A stretch of 64,000 nt of DNA, taken from the NCBI GenBank assembly GCA_965243395.1, contig CBDEUS010000001.1, positions 384,001-448,000 of the forward strand, written 5' to 3'. Both the position numbers and the translations under genes were made by a program. The number at the start of each line of letters is the position of its first letter. The stretch's first letter is position 1. The DNA is from Gammaproteobacteria bacterium (GTDB lineage: Bacteria; Pseudomonadota; Gammaproteobacteria; UBA4575). The notes beneath the pieces were generated by a model. That model was given only the letters and a program-made list of their open reading frames with translations, was not told the DNA's origin and did no database searches. Shown here in pieces: positions 24,072 to 35,690 of this stretch.

Positions 24072-26050
24072 TGCTAGTGGATGACGATTTAAGTACAGTT
24101 AAAAAAGACTCCTCAAGAGTGGTTGGCGAAAGTGTCTTTAGCGAGTCTGGCTTGCTCTCTGAATATCTTGAAAATTTTCGATATCGCCCTCAGCAACAAG
24201 CGATGAGCGAAGCAATCGAAAATACTTTGCTCAATTATGGTCAATTGATTGTTGAGGCAGGTACTGGAGTCGGGAAAACATTTGCTTATCTCATTCCTGC
24301 ATTGCTTTCCAAACAAAAAGTTGTTATTTCAACAGGTACGAAGCACTTACAAGATCAACTCTATTTTAAAGATCTGCCAACAATACTCGAGTTTCTAAAA
24401 TTACCCGTCAAAACGGCATTGCTAAAAGGGCGATCAAATTATCTTTGCTTACATCGCTTAGAACATTATGCACCCAGTGTGCAAATTCATAACCGGCATC
24501 TTGGTAATAAAATTAACATTATTAAAGAATGGTCACAGTTTACGAAAACAGGAGAGATTGCTGAAGTAACTGCAATTAATGAAAACGATTCAGTCTGGCC
24601 GAATGTAACCTCAACCATAGATAATTGTTTGGGATCTGAATGTCCGAGCTATGAAAAATGCTATGTCATCAAAGCAAGACAAAAGGCTCAACAAGCCGAT
24701 ATGGTGATTATTAATCACCATTTATTTTTTGCAGACCTCGCTTTGAAAATGGAGGGTTTTGGGGAATTGTTACCCAGTGCAAATACAATAATTTTTGATG
24801 AGGCTCATCAACTACCTGAGCTTGCGAGTACTTTTCTTGCAACTTCCGTGAGTAGTCGTCAGTTAAATGAATTGGCAGAAGATGTCATCGCAGCAATGCT
24901 AGAAGAAGCGTCTGATGTTAAAGAAATACAGCTAGCTGTGGATGTTTTGAAAAAAGCAGTAGCAGACTTTCGAATTATTTTGGCGAGTAAAAATGGGCGA
25001 TTCCCGTGGTTTGAAGTGATCTCTGAATCAAAAGTTGAAGATCAATTTGAAGAGTTATGTAAAGCTATTCATACACTATATGAAATCATTGCTCCACAAA
25101 GTGATCGTGGCAAAGTATTGGAGAAATGTGTCGAGCGGTGTGAGCGTATTGAGCAAAGTCTATATTTGATTTCTGAAGGGCAAGATGAGCGAATAAACTG
25201 GTTGGAGTGTTTTGAAAAAGGCTTTAAATTGCATAGTACTCCTTTAGTCGTTGCAGATTCTTTTCAGGAGTTTATGTTGCAATATAAATGTAGTTGGGTA
25301 TTCACATCGGCAACATTAACGGTGAATGCCAAATTTAAACATTTCCAACAGCAACTGGGATTAGTGGATGCTGAAACATTAATGTTAGACAGTCCCTATG
25401 ATTACCAAAATAATACTCGGTTGTATTTACCAGCATTGGGTGTGGAGCCCAATGACCGTAGTTATACCAATAAAGTAATCGATGCAGTTTTGCCGATTTT
25501 AGAGATCAATCAAGGACGTACATTTATCTTATTTACCAGTCATCGTGCTTTGCGTATTGCTGCAAATTATCTTGCTAATCACGATGAATTTACCCTGCTT
25601 GTGCAGGGAGATGCTCCGCGAAGAGAACTAATATCGGCATTTTCTAAAACAGACCATGCCGTGTTGCTTGGAACCAGTAGCTTTTGGGAAGGAGTGGATA
25701 TTCGCGGTGATGCACTAAGCTGTGTAGTGATCGATAAACTACCATTTGCCACACCTGATGACCCGGTTTTAAATGGACGTCTTCAAGCTTTAAGGCGGGC
25801 AGGTGAAAATCCATTTATGTCATACCAATTACCTCAAGCAGTAATCTCACTTAAGCAAGGAGTAGGACGTTTAATACGAGATGAAGAAGATTATGGTGTA
25901 GTGGTTCTTTGCGACCCCAGAATTGTGACTAAACCGTACGGAAAAACTTTTGTAAATAGCTTGCCCGATATGTTGCAAACTTCAAGTTTAGATGACGCAG
26001 TCAATTTTCTGCAATTACGTGATCTGGAAAATGAAACTGTTAGCCATTGA
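24071..26050 (+). CDS. yoaA: DinG/XPD-family Fe-S DNA helicase YoaA
   Basis: EAGTGVGKT, KGRSNYLC, Cys cluster, DEAH and QGVGRLIR; adjacent to tsaB as in enterobacteria. Confidence 0.88.
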   Translation: MLVDDDLSTVKKDSSRVVGESVFSESGLLSEYLENFRYRPQQQAMSEAIENTLLNYGQLIVEAGTGVGKTFAYLIPALLSKQKVVISTGTKHLQDQLYFKDLPTILEFLKLPVKTALLKGRSNYLCLHRLEHYAPSVQIHNRHLGNKINIIKEWSQFTKTGEIAEVTAINENDSVWPNVTSTIDNCLGSECPSYEKCYVIKARQKAQQADMVIINHHLFFADLALKMEGFGELLPSANTIIFDEAHQLPELASTFLATSVSSRQLNELAEDVIAAMLEEASDVKEIQLAVDVLKKAVADFRIILASKNGRFPWFEVISESKVEDQFEELCKAIHTLYEIIAPQSDRGKVLEKCVERCERIEQSLYLISEGQDERINWLECFEKGFKLHSTPLVVADSFQEFMLQYKCSWVFTSATLTVNAKFKHFQQQLGLVDAETLMLDSPYDYQNNTRLYLPALGVEPNDRSYTNKVIDAVLPILEINQGRTFILFTSHRALRIAANYLANHDEFTLLVQGDAPRRELISAFSKTDHAVLLGTSSFWEGVDIRGDALSCVVIDKLPFATPDDPVLNGRLQALRRAGENPFMSYQLPQAVISLKQGVGRLIRDEEDYGVVVLCDPRIVTKPYGKTFVNSLPDMLQTSSLDDAVNFLQLRDLENETVSH

Positions 26051-26723
26051 AACTGCTACCGAGTCTTGTTCGGCAGCTTTAATGTTGAATGAGGAAATTG
26101 TTGACCTAAGTGAAATTGCACCACGACGACACAATGAAATTATTCTTTCAATGTGCGAACAAGTATTAGCACAAGCTCAAACAAGTCTCACTGAACTTGA
26201 TGCAATTGCATTCGGTAGAGGTCCGGGTGCATTCACGGGTGTGCGTTTAGCTGCGAGTGTGGCTCAAGGAATTGCGATGGGCCAGGATTTGCCAGTAGTG
26301 CCTGTATCCTCACTGGCTACACTTGCTCAGGCAGTATATGAAGAGAAGCAAGTTCAAGAAGTATTTGCCTGTATCGATGCCCGTATGCAAGAAGTTTACT
26401 ATGGTGTATATAAACTGTCTTCAGAACATATGATGGAACTTGAAGGTAAAGAAAGAGTAATTACACCTCAGCATATCAATCAAAAAGTAAGTAGCAATTG
26501 TTATGGAACCGGTTCAGGCTGGAATGTTTATGCAGAAAGTCTGCTTCAAGCTGTGGGTAACGATATTTCCTTTGATACGGATAAGTTTCCACAAGCTAAA
26601 TATGTAGCGAAATTAGCAAAAACTTATTTTCAACAAGGTCAAAAACTTTCGGCAGAGGAAGCGTTACCTGTTTATATACGTGACGATGTCGCTGAGAAAC
26701 CAAAAAACAAAGTGGTATTTTAA
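26031..26723 (+). CDS. tsaB: tRNA threonylcarbamoyladenosine biosynthesis protein TsaB
   Basis: MKLLAIETAT start at 26031, GPGAFTGVR, IDARMQEVY and PVYIRD. Confidence 0.95.
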   Translation: MKLLAIETATESCSAALMLNEEIVDLSEIAPRRHNEIILSMCEQVLAQAQTSLTELDAIAFGRGPGAFTGVRLAASVAQGIAMGQDLPVVPVSSLATLAQAVYEEKQVQEVFACIDARMQEVYYGVYKLSSEHMMELEGKERVITPQHINQKVSSNCYGTGSGWNVYAESLLQAVGNDISFDTDKFPQAKYVAKLAKTYFQQGQKLSAEEALPVYIRDDVAEKPKNKVVF

Positions 26724-26725
26724 TT

Positions 26726-27148
26726 ATGGCTACAGCAATTTTTCACTTAGCATTTCCTGTTTACGATATAGAGGAAACGCGAGCTTTTTATGTTGATTTA
26801 CTAGGTTGTACGGTAGGGCGCGAAGATAAGCGTTGGATTGATTTTAACTTTCATGGTCATCAGATTAGTGCACACTTATACGATCACGACGATATGTTTA
26901 CTCCTTCAAATCCCGTTGATGAACATGATATACCTGTAAGGCACTTTGGAATTGTATTGAACTGGGGTGAATGGGAGCACTTGGCGGAACGCTTTAAACG
27001 TGAGAACGTAAAGTTTCATATCGAGCCATGCATCCGCTTTAAAGGACAGCTCGGAGAGCAAGCAACGATGTTTATACAAGATCCAAGTAATAATTATCTT
27101 GAGTTCAAGGCTTTTAAAGACATGAACCAGGTTTTTGCTAGAGAATAA
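26726..27148 (+). CDS. VOC/glyoxalase-superfamily protein
   Basis: FHLAFPV, WIDFNFHGHQ, HFG and GEQATMF..DPSNNYLEFK. Confidence 0.85.
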   Translation: MATAIFHLAFPVYDIEETRAFYVDLLGCTVGREDKRWIDFNFHGHQISAHLYDHDDMFTPSNPVDEHDIPVRHFGIVLNWGEWEHLAERFKRENVKFHIEPCIRFKGQLGEQATMFIQDPSNNYLEFKAFKDMNQVFARE

Positions 27149-27173
27149 TCAGCTACAGGATCGAGAAATATCT

Positions 27174-27530
27174 ATGCGACTTATTTTATTATTAATATTA
27201 GTTTTCTCTTCAGGGATCAGCATCGCAAGTGATGCAAAAATTCTTAAAGCATCAGCTGAGCTGACTTCTGCACAAAAATTTAATATATCTGTCACGGTGG
27301 AGCATGCTGATGAAGGCTGGGATCACTATGCCAATACATGGCGCGTATACTCAATGGATGGCAAGCTAATTGGAGAACGTATTCTTTATCACCCGCATGT
27401 GAATGAGCAGCCTTTTACACGTAGTTTGTTAGGTTTAAGTGTCCCGTCTGAGGTAAAAGAGGTTATGATCGTTGCGGTTTGTTCTAAAACGGGCGAAAGT
27501 AAAGCGAGTTATAACTTAAAACTTCGCTAA
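27174..27530 (+). CDS. Secreted His-rich hypothetical protein
   Basis: Signal peptide from ATG 27174; HADEGWDHYA and HPHVNEQPFTRS motifs. Confidence 0.75.
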   Translation: MRLILLLILVFSSGISIASDAKILKASAELTSAQKFNISVTVEHADEGWDHYANTWRVYSMDGKLIGERILYHPHVNEQPFTRSLLGLSVPSEVKEVMIVAVCSKTGESKASYNLKLR

Positions 27531-27550
27531 ACAATTCTGATATTTCGCTT

Positions 27551-27559
27551 TGCTATAAT
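27551..27559 (+). promoter_or_regulatory. Extended -10 promoter element (TGnTATAAT), probably driving a leaderless transcript
   Basis: TGCTATAAT ends 6 nt before ATG 27566; no Shine-Dalgarno in between. Confidence 0.55.
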
Positions 27560-27565
27560 GCGTAT

Positions 27566-27874
27566 ATGAAGCGTATTTATAGTGAACCCAATCCAATTTT
27601 TATTCACCAAATCAAAGATCTTCTTGAAAAGAAGGGCATTCAAGCGATCGTAAAAAATGAAATGCTTTCTGGTGGTATTGGTGAACTTCCACCTACTGAA
27701 ATTTGGCCAGAGCTTTGGGTAGTGAATAACGAAGATAAATCTCCAGCTAAAAGAATTGTCGAAAATTTTTTAAATTCTATAAAATCTGAACCTGAAGATT
27801 GGGTTTGTAGTCATTGCGGAGAAAAAATTGAAGGCCAATTCAATATTTGTTGGAATTGTGGGAAGGAGCGTTAA
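27566..27874 (+). CDS. DUF2007-like protein with C-terminal RanBP2-type zinc ribbon
   Basis: LL..GI...VKNE.L..G.GELP...WPELWV, then WVCSHCGE..EGQFNICWNCG. Confidence 0.8.
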   Translation: MKRIYSEPNPIFIHQIKDLLEKKGIQAIVKNEMLSGGIGELPPTEIWPELWVVNNEDKSPAKRIVENFLNSIKSEPEDWVCSHCGEKIEGQFNICWNCGKER

Positions 27875-28080
27875 TGAGCGCCGGTTTTAAATCGATTGAA
27901 CTGGCGCGGAAATTATATGGTCTTACCGGAGAAGAGCAAAGAGAATTTTTGGAGACTATGGAATGGGCAAATGAAAATAATCAAGCAAAAAAATATTTAC
28001 GGTTATTTTCAAATGGTGAAATATCGCGCGAACAGTTAATGCAAGCTTGCAATGACATACGCAATACATCGAATCAGTAG
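27874..28080 (+). CDS. Small hypothetical protein (68 aa)
   Basis: TAATG stop/start overlap with the upstream gene; AAGGAG SD upstream. Confidence 0.6.
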   Translation: MSAGFKSIELARKLYGLTGEEQREFLETMEWANENNQAKKYLRLFSNGEISREQLMQACNDIRNTSNQ

Positions 28081-28130
28081 AGCTAAATTAATTCTTCGAT
28101 GAAACATCAGACTTTTTAGTAAAAATTCAA

Positions 28131-30911
28131 TCAGAGGGATTTAATTTTTTCTAATTGTTCTTTTAGCTGGGCTAGTTTAGTCTGGAGTTCTTCGCTCGTT
28201 TTGCGGACATTGTCTACAACATCTTTTGGGGCTTTATCTGCAAAATTAGGATTATTTAGCCTCGCAAGTGTATTTTCTAATTTTGCCTCATCTTTACTAA
28301 TGTCTTTTTCTAATCTTAAGCATTCGGCATCTTTATCAATCAGGCCCGCTAGTGGTATGAGAATTTTCATCTCGCCAATTAAAGCTGTAGCAGATTCGGG
28401 TGCATCTTCATTATTCAACCATTTAATGCTTTCAATTTTTGCCAGTGAATAAATATATTGTTCAGACTTTTTGAAATTACTTTGATCTGTCGCTGACCAG
28501 TTTTGTAATAAAATATTGAGTGGTTTGCCTGGGGCAATATCCATTTCAGCACGAATTTTGCGGACACCATTCACAAACTCTATACACCAGTCTAAGTCTT
28601 GCAAGCTCTCAATATCAACATAGTCATTCTTGCTATTTGGAAATGTTTGTGTAGATATGCTATCACCATCTAGTTTTAATTCCTTTGCAACCGGTTGCCA
28701 AATCTCTTCAGTAAGAAAAGGAATGATAGGGTGTAATAGCTTTAAAAGATTTTCCAGAACCTCTAGCAGTACACGACGCGAATTTTGCTTGATGCTTTCG
28801 TCGACATCATCATTAAAAAGTATCGGCTTACTAAGTTCCAGGTACCAATCACAAAATTCGTGCCATGAAAATTCGTAAAGTGCTTGTGCTGCTAAGTCAA
28901 AGCGATAATTTTTTAAATGTTTATGGGTTAAATCTATCACTTCTTGTTGTTTGCTGAGAATCCAACGATCTGCAAGAGTTAATTGTTGTTTTTCAATTTG
29001 GTCAGAAATTTGCTTGCCTTCCGTATTCATTAAAACAAATCTTGTGGCATTCCAAAGTTTGTTACAGAAGTTGCGATAACCTTCAATTCGACTCAGGTCA
29101 AACTTGATATCACGGCCGGTTGATGCTTGCGCTGCAAATGAAAAACGTAATGCATCTGTACCATATGCTTTAATGCCATCTGGGTACTGCTTGCGCGTGG
29201 CTTTTTCAATTTTAGTCGCCATTTCGGGTTGCATCAGTCCAGTGGTACGTTTTTTTACGAGACTTTCTAAATCAATACCGTCAATGATATCGATGGGATC
29301 TAATACATTGCCTTTAGATTTCGACATCTTTTGACCGTCAGCATCACGAACCAGGCCGTGGATATAAACTTTCTTAAAAGGCACATCATCCATGAATTTC
29401 AGCCCCATCATGATCATGCGTGCTACCCAAAAGAAAATAATGTCGAAACCGGTGATTAAAACAGAAGTTGGATAAAAAGTTTTTAGTTCGGAAGTTTCTT
29501 CGGGCCAGCCTAATGTTGAAAATGGCCAAAGTGCAGATGAAAACCAGGTATCTAAGACATCTTCATCTTGTTTCAGTGCTATTTTATTATCTAAGTTATA
29601 TTTTTTACGAGCACTTTGCTCATCTTCAGCAACATAAATGTTGCCGTTATCGTCATACCAGGCAGGGATTCGGTGCCCCCACCATAACTGACGGCTGATG
29701 CACCAGTCTTGGATGTTACGCATCCATTCAAAATACGTTTTACTCCAATTTTCAGGGACAAATTCGATATTACCGTTTTCAACCGCTTTGATGGCAGGAT
29801 CTGCTAAGGGCTGAATTTTTACATACCACTGATCCGTTAGATAAGGCTCTACGATTACACCGGAACGATCACCACGCGGCACCATTAAAGTATGATCTTT
29901 AATTTCGGCTAGCAGTTCTTGTGTTTGTAAGTCTTCTACAATTCTCTTACGTGCTTCAAAGCGGTCCAAACCCTGATATTGACTGGGGGCATTGTCATTT
30001 ATCTTGGCATCAATAGTAAAAATATTAATCTGTTCCAAGTTATGACGTTGTCCAATTTCATAATCGTTAAAATCATGTGCAGGAGTTATTTTTACACAGC
30101 CGGAACCGAATTCAGGGTCTACATAATCATCCGCAATGACAGGAATCTCTCGATCAGTTAAAGGTAACTTAACTTTTTTTCCAATAATGTTTTGGTATCG
30201 TTCATCTTCAGGGTGTACAGCAACAGCGGTATCACCAAGCATGGTTTCAGGTCGTGTTGTGGCTACGATTAAATAATCGTTTCCATCCGCCATGGTTGAA
30301 TCAACTAGAGGATACCGCATGTGCCACATGTGCCCATTTTCTTCTTCAGAAATAACTTCTAAATCAGAAACTGCAGTATGTAGTTTAGGGTCCCAGTTAA
30401 CGAGACGTTTGCCTCGATAAATCAAGCCCTCATCATATAATTGAACGAAAACTTGTTTGACTGCTTCTGATAAGCCTTCATCCATTGTGAAACGTTCACG
30501 CGACCAATCCAGCGAAGATCCTATGCGCTCCAATTGACTATAAATGGCATTGCCTGATTGTTCCTTCCATTGCCAAACTTTATCCATGAACTTTTCCCGA
30601 CCTAAATCATGGCGAGTAATATTTTCTGCATTCAGTTGTCGTTCAACTACCATTTGGGTGGCAATGCCTGCGTGATCGGTGCCAGGTTGCCATAAAGTGT
30701 TATAGCCACACATACGGTGATAACGCGTCAGGCAATCCATTAAAGTATTATTAAATGCATGACCCATATGTAACGTCCCCGTTACATTAGGGGGTGGAAT
30801 CATAATGCAATAAGAGTGAGTGCCATTTCCTGAAGGTGCGAAGTAGTTATTTTGTTTCCAAAATTTATACCACTTTTGTTCAATGTCTATTGGCTGGTAG
30901 GTCTTATCCAT
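28131..30911 (-). CDS. valS: Valyl-tRNA synthetase
   Basis: [33 protein letters not shown] and C-terminal coiled coil. Confidence 0.98.
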   Translation of the reverse strand: MDKTYQPIDIEQKWYKFWKQNNYFAPSGNGTHSYCIMIPPPNVTGTLHMGHAFNNTLMDCLTRYHRMCGYNTLWQPGTDHAGIATQMVVERQLNAENITRHDLGREKFMDKVWQWKEQSGNAIYSQLERIGSSLDWSRERFTMDEGLSEAVKQVFVQLYDEGLIYRGKRLVNWDPKLHTAVSDLEVISEEENGHMWHMRYPLVDSTMADGNDYLIVATTRPETMLGDTAVAVHPEDERYQNIIGKKVKLPLTDREIPVIADDYVDPEFGSGCVKITPAHDFNDYEIGQRHNLEQINIFTIDAKINDNAPSQYQGLDRFEARKRIVEDLQTQELLAEIKDHTLMVPRGDRSGVIVEPYLTDQWYVKIQPLADPAIKAVENGNIEFVPENWSKTYFEWMRNIQDWCISRQLWWGHRIPAWYDDNGNIYVAEDEQSARKKYNLDNKIALKQDEDVLDTWFSSALWPFSTLGWPEETSELKTFYPTSVLITGFDIIFFWVARMIMMGLKFMDDVPFKKVYIHGLVRDADGQKMSKSKGNVLDPIDIIDGIDLESLVKKRTTGLMQPEMATKIEKATRKQYPDGIKAYGTDALRFSFAAQASTGRDIKFDLSRIEGYRNFCNKLWNATRFVLMNTEGKQISDQIEKQQLTLADRWILSKQQEVIDLTHKHLKNYRFDLAAQALYEFSWHEFCDWYLELSKPILFNDDVDESIKQNSRRVLLEVLENLLKLLHPIIPFLTEEIWQPVAKELKLDGDSISTQTFPNSKNDYVDIESLQDLDWCIEFVNGVRKIRAEMDIAPGKPLNILLQNWSATDQSNFKKSEQYIYSLAKIESIKWLNNEDAPESATALIGEMKILIPLAGLIDKDAECLRLEKDISKDEAKLENTLARLNNPNFADKAPKDVVDNVRKTSEELQTKLAQLKEQLEKIKSL

Positions 30912-31054
30912 GACGAGACAATACTTGAATATTCAAGATCAAAAGCGGTGAGCAGAGATGAAGTTTTTCGATTTATTAATAGGATCTTAGCTAAGATTAC
31001 TCAGCTAATCATACAACATTGTCGCACCTGATGCGGTGGAAAAATAAGGGTCAA

Positions 31055-31411
31055 TTATTTTTTGCGTCCAGGTAATCTAGCGCGCACTTCACTCAGAACT
31101 TGTTGCACAATTTCTTCGCTGGCACTTTCGAAGTGTTTGAGCATGATTCTGTTGACTGTTTTGGTGAGTTCTAACTCGAATTCTGATTTATCCGTACGAC
31201 GATTTTGAGGATGAATTTCAGGCTTGGTATTGCTTATTTGTTGAGTAGCAGGTCGATTTGGTTTTGAAGATGAACTAGGCGTGTAGGCACCATTCATGGA
31301 CGCTAACACGGGTTTGTTAGAGTCTGTTCCAGAAGCGGGTTTTGGTGGCTCACTTGAAGTATCGACTAAATGATCCAATACAGGAGCTTTTTTTGCGCTG
31401 TTTCCATCCAT
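31055..31411 (-). CDS. Hypothetical protein (disordered N-half, helical C-end) between holC and valS
   Basis: 118-aa ORF co-oriented in the pepA-holC-valS run; PVL motif near the N-terminus. Confidence 0.6.
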   Translation of the reverse strand: MDGNSAKKAPVLDHLVDTSSEPPKPASGTDSNKPVLASMNGAYTPSSSSKPNRPATQQISNTKPEIHPQNRRTDKSEFELELTKTVNRIMLKHFESASEEIVQQVLSEVRARLPGRKK

Positions 31412-31437
31412 AGAAGCAAAAGGGAATATTGATAAAT

Positions 31438-31878
31438 TTAAGTAGAGGATACTTCATGGTGCTGGGGATTCAGTCCATTCTCGCGATAAAAGCGGTAGCG
31501 TTCACGACCAGCGTGAATGGATTCTTGTTGATTATCGATAATTTCTGCAATTCTCTGAAATTGCTTAAAATTTTCAGGTATTTGGTGAGATAAATTGACC
31601 AAAAAATCTGTGTGACCAGATGTCATTTCTGGGCTTTTTTCTGAACTGATAGTTACTGGGCAGTCAGTGATGGGAAGTGGAGAAACTTCGTGTGGAATAA
31701 AACTACGGTCTCTAAAAGTCCATAACAAGTTATCTAGTTTTTCACAGTCATATTCAGAGTTCATATGGATATGAACACGATGACCCGCAGAAAATGCTTT
31801 TTCCGTAATTCGGCACGCAGTACGTAATGCAAACTGAGGTTCATTATCTTTCGTTACATAGAAATCAACTCTGGTCAT
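31438..31878 (-). CDS. holC: DNA polymerase III chi subunit
   Basis: MTRVDFY, LDNLLWTF...SFIPH and GRERYRFYRENG. Confidence 0.95.
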   Translation of the reverse strand: MTRVDFYVTKDNEPQFALRTACRITEKAFSAGHRVHIHMNSEYDCEKLDNLLWTFRDRSFIPHEVSPLPITDCPVTISSEKSPEMTSGHTDFLVNLSHQIPENFKQFQRIAEIIDNQQESIHAGRERYRFYRENGLNPQHHEVSST

Positions 31879-31886
31879 TTTACTGT

Positions 31887-33380
31887 CTAAAACTCATAGG
31901 CTTGATGTAATAAATATTCAGTGAGCAGCGGGACCGGCCTGCCTGTTGCACCTTTTTCTTTCCCCTGGTGCCACGCTACGCCTGCAATATCTAAGTGTGC
32001 CCAGGTATATTTTTTGGTAAATCTGGAAAGAAAACATGCGGCAGTAATTGTTCCGCCCCAGCGACCACCTATATTGGCTATATCGGCAAAGTTGCTATCG
32101 AGTTGCGATTGATATTCATCCCATAGAGGTAATTGCCAGGTACGGTCACCCGTTTGTTCACCTGCACGAATAAGACTTTTAGCCAAATCATCATCATTAC
32201 TCATTACGCCTGAAGGGATTTGACCTAACGCCACAACACATGCTCCTGTTAATGTCGCAATATCAATTACAGTTTCCGGTTCAAATTGAGCTATATAGGT
32301 TAGGGCATCGCACAACACCAGGCGACCTTCGGCATCGGTATTTAAAATTTCCACAGTCTGACCAGACATGGTTGTGACTACATCACCCGGTTTAGAGGCT
32401 CTACCATCAGGCATGTTTTCTGCGCAGGCCATTACACCAACAACATTAAGTGGTAAATCTAATTCGCAGCATGCTTTCATTGTGCCTAATACACTTGCAG
32501 CCCCACACATATCAAATTTCATTTCGTCCATAGTGGCGCCTGGTTTTAACGAAATACCGCCCGTATCAAACGTTATGCCTTTACCCACTAATACTACAGG
32601 GCGCTCATTTTCATTACCGCCGTTAAACTCCATGGTTACTAATTTTGCAGGCTCAACACTTCCATTTGAAACTGAAAGCAGTGCACCCATATTTAGTTTT
32701 TTCATTTGTGCTTCTTCCAGCACGTTCACTTTTAATTTTCGATTGCCTTTTTTCAATGCTAATGCTTGTTCAGCAAGATAGGTTGGTGTGCAAATATTTC
32801 CAGGTAAATTGCCTAGTTCTTTTGCTAAATTCATTCCACTGGCTATGGCTTTACCAATTTCAATACCATCGCGCATATCGGATAACTCTTTACGATTAGA
32901 AGTTATAAATTTTTGTTTGCGAAAATGAATTCTTGTTTTAGCTTTTGGTTTAGTTTCACTATAAACATACATTGATGACTCAATCGTCGTAACGGCTACC
33001 TGAACTTTGGTTAATACATCTGCGTCTTTGACGGGTAACTCGGTGAGGCAATTTATGATATTGCTAATCTTGTTGCGCTTAATTTCATTGGCAACTGCAT
33101 TCAAAGCAGTTTGATATTTGCTTATTGAGAACGTATTTTCATCACCACAGCCCACAACGATAATGCAACTATGTTTGCTTCGCCCTGAATTATGTAATGT
33201 TGCAACTTGCCCTAAACCTCCTCCTGCAGCGCCACGTTGACAGGCATTAGTGATCGTATTGCGATAAGTCTTGTCTAATTTTTTTGCTGAATTACTTAAT
33301 CGTTTTGGTTTAAATATGCCCACTACAACACAATCAGCGGTTTCTTTATCAACTGACGTGGTTTTAGCGATGGTTTCCAT
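31887..33380 (-). CDS. pepA: Leucyl aminopeptidase (M17)
   Basis: [19 protein letters not shown] and NTDAEGRL; start set at 33380 (GAGGA SD). Confidence 0.96.
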   Translation of the reverse strand: METIAKTTSVDKETADCVVVGIFKPKRLSNSAKKLDKTYRNTITNACQRGAAGGGLGQVATLHNSGRSKHSCIIVVGCGDENTFSISKYQTALNAVANEIKRNKISNIINCLTELPVKDADVLTKVQVAVTTIESSMYVYSETKPKAKTRIHFRKQKFITSNRKELSDMRDGIEIGKAIASGMNLAKELGNLPGNICTPTYLAEQALALKKGNRKLKVNVLEEAQMKKLNMGALLSVSNGSVEPAKLVTMEFNGGNENERPVVLVGKGITFDTGGISLKPGATMDEMKFDMCGAASVLGTMKACCELDLPLNVVGVMACAENMPDGRASKPGDVVTTMSGQTVEILNTDAEGRLVLCDALTYIAQFEPETVIDIATLTGACVVALGQIPSGVMSNDDDLAKSLIRAGEQTGDRTWQLPLWDEYQSQLDSNFADIANIGGRWGGTITAACFLSRFTKKYTWAHLDIAGVAWHQGKEKGATGRPVPLLTEYLLHQAYEF

Positions 33381-33474
33381 GATTTTCCTCAATTTAACTA
33401 TTTGTACTTGCTGCATTATTGCTAATATTGGCCTAAATGTAACCGTATCTGGCCTATATCTACCAAAAGCCTGA

Positions 33475-34542
33475 ATGTTTTCTACACTTAATCAATATTT
33501 TTCCCGAGAACTTGCTCAAACTTTCGCCGCAGTCAGCATCGTTTTACTGGTTGTTATTGTTGGCAAATCTTTTGTGAGTCTTCTTTCAAATGTTATCAAC
33601 GGAAAATTGCCCTCTGATGTTGTGTTTTCTATGCTTGGACTAGGGATTTTAAAATCGGCAATTGTATTAGTACCTTTTGCGCTGTTGATAACCATTATGC
33701 TTGTGGTGGGTCGTTATTATCGTGATAGTGAAATTTACGCAATAAAAGCTGGCGGAATAGGGTCCTTGGCATTATTTCGATATGCCAGCCTGATTGTTAT
33801 ACCAGTGATCGTTATTTTGTTTTACCTCTCTATCTATTCAGCGCCATGGACTGAGCAGCAAATTGAGAAGATCAAACTTCAAGCAAAAGGATTAACCGAC
33901 ATCTATGGTTTAACGCCCGGTCAGTTCATTGAGTCTAACCAAGGTAACTGGGTGGTGTTTGTTGAGGAGGCCGATAAAGAGTCGGGTAAAGTTAAAAATA
34001 TTTTTATTTCGGATCGTCGAGAGGGCAAAGTTGCGATAGAAACTGCACAGTATGCTGAGCAAAAGAATTTGCCGGAATTAGGAGGTGAATCACTAATATT
34101 GAAGCAAGGTCAACGTTATCAAGGCATACCGGGTGAAGGAGGCTTTACATTACTTGCATTTGATCAACACGCGATTCGCATTCCAGAATTTGATTTAAAA
34201 CTGGATAGTAATGACCCTGAATTCAAGGCAACTTCAGAGCTTATGCAATCCAGTGTTCTTGCAGATATTGCAGAATTCCAATGGCGTATCTCCGTGCCCA
34301 TCGCAGCAATTTTATTAGCATTATTAGCTTTTCCTTTAAGCGTGACCAATCCAAGACAAGGAAGGTTTGCAAAACTTGGAATCGCAATTGTTATCTATTT
34401 AATTTATGCAAATCTTCTGATTTTAATGGAATCATGGGTCGCGGATGGAAAATTTCCTGCAATGCCCGGAATGTTAACCGTGCATGCGGGCATGTTGTTA
34501 CTTATTGTTGTTTTAATGTGGCGTCATCGCTTAGGTGCTTAG
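33475..34542 (+). CDS. lptF: LPS export ABC permease LptF
   Basis: [14 protein letters not shown] and NPRQGR; divergent from pepA. Confidence 0.93.
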   Translation: MFSTLNQYFSRELAQTFAAVSIVLLVVIVGKSFVSLLSNVINGKLPSDVVFSMLGLGILKSAIVLVPFALLITIMLVVGRYYRDSEIYAIKAGGIGSLALFRYASLIVIPVIVILFYLSIYSAPWTEQQIEKIKLQAKGLTDIYGLTPGQFIESNQGNWVVFVEEADKESGKVKNIFISDRREGKVAIETAQYAEQKNLPELGGESLILKQGQRYQGIPGEGGFTLLAFDQHAIRIPEFDLKLDSNDPEFKATSELMQSSVLADIAEFQWRISVPIAAILLALLAFPLSVTNPRQGRFAKLGIAIVIYLIYANLLILMESWVADGKFPAMPGMLTVHAGMLLLIVVLMWRHRLGA

Positions 34543-35652
34543 ATGACGTTGTTTAAACATTTTGATCGTTATATAGGGCGTACCGTTTTTATAGGTACCT
34601 TATTTGCGTTACTGGTTTTGTTTGCTATTGATTCGATTATTGATTTTATAAACGATGTTGAATCAGTCGACGATCGTGGCTTTACGATGACTCATGTTTT
34701 CTTGCGGCTGTTTTTTGAAATGCCTCAGCGTTTATACGAGTTTATGCCTACAGCATTGCTGCTTGGTGCATTGATTGGAATAGGCCAGCTTGCATCGAAA
34801 AGCGAACTCATTGCACTACGTGCAGCGGGAATTAGTAAATTAAGGATCATCTGGTCTGCACTAAAAGTGGGGATCGTTTTAGTCGTATTAAGTGTGTGGG
34901 TGGGAGAAATGATAGTGCCCACTTCGCAAGGTTATGTGAACAGTTTAAGTAAAAGACAAGTTCGCACAGTTGATGAAAATGGGGAAAAACTCAGTGATGT
35001 TAAAAAAATTGCATTGCGCTCAAAGTACGGTGTATGGGTGCGTGATGGTAATAAATATATTAATGCACAGGAAATTTATCCTGACTATCGAATGCGCGAC
35101 ATATGGATTTATGAACTGGATTCACAATATAAATTAAAGCGCGCTAGTTTTGCTAAACAAGCAGTTTACGTAAATGAAGTTTGGCAACTATCGGATATTA
35201 AACACAGTTTAATTTCACCTAACGGTGTTGAAACCGTTGCAGCGGAAGAGGAGCATTGGGAGAGATTAGTTTCGCCTAATTTGTTTGATGTCATCACCGT
35301 AAAACCAGAATACATGGGTGCGGCCAAGCTTAAAAAGTACATTAACTATTTAGATGGTAACGAGCTGGACTCACAACGCTATCAGCTTGCTTATTTTAAT
35401 CGTTTCGCTGTGCCATTATCCGGCATTGCAATGCTATTTCTTGCTTTACCATTTGTGTTTCGTTCTGCGCGTACCGGAGGGTTAGGGCAAAGGATCATGT
35501 TAGGTGCTGTGATTGCATTAAGCTTTAATATCTTGAGTAAAGTATTGGGTAATGCGAGCGTGGTCTATAATTTACCGCCCTTAATGGGGGCGTTTTTACC
35601 TACGTTGATTGTAATTGTTGCTGCAACTATTGCGATTCGAAGAATGGCTTGA
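34543..35652 (+). CDS. lptG: LPS export ABC permease LptG
   Basis: DRYIG, LASKSELIALRAAGIS and GVWVRDG. Confidence 0.93.
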   Translation: MTLFKHFDRYIGRTVFIGTLFALLVLFAIDSIIDFINDVESVDDRGFTMTHVFLRLFFEMPQRLYEFMPTALLLGALIGIGQLASKSELIALRAAGISKLRIIWSALKVGIVLVVLSVWVGEMIVPTSQGYVNSLSKRQVRTVDENGEKLSDVKKIALRSKYGVWVRDGNKYINAQEIYPDYRMRDIWIYELDSQYKLKRASFAKQAVYVNEVWQLSDIKHSLISPNGVETVAAEEEHWERLVSPNLFDVITVKPEYMGAAKLKKYINYLDGNELDSQRYQLAYFNRFAVPLSGIAMLFLALPFVFRSARTGGLGQRIMLGAVIALSFNILSKVLGNASVVYNLPPLMGAFLPTLIVIVAATIAIRRMA

Positions 35653-35690
35653 TTATAAATCGGTTGGGAGTTTCAATTTAGAAATTTAAT

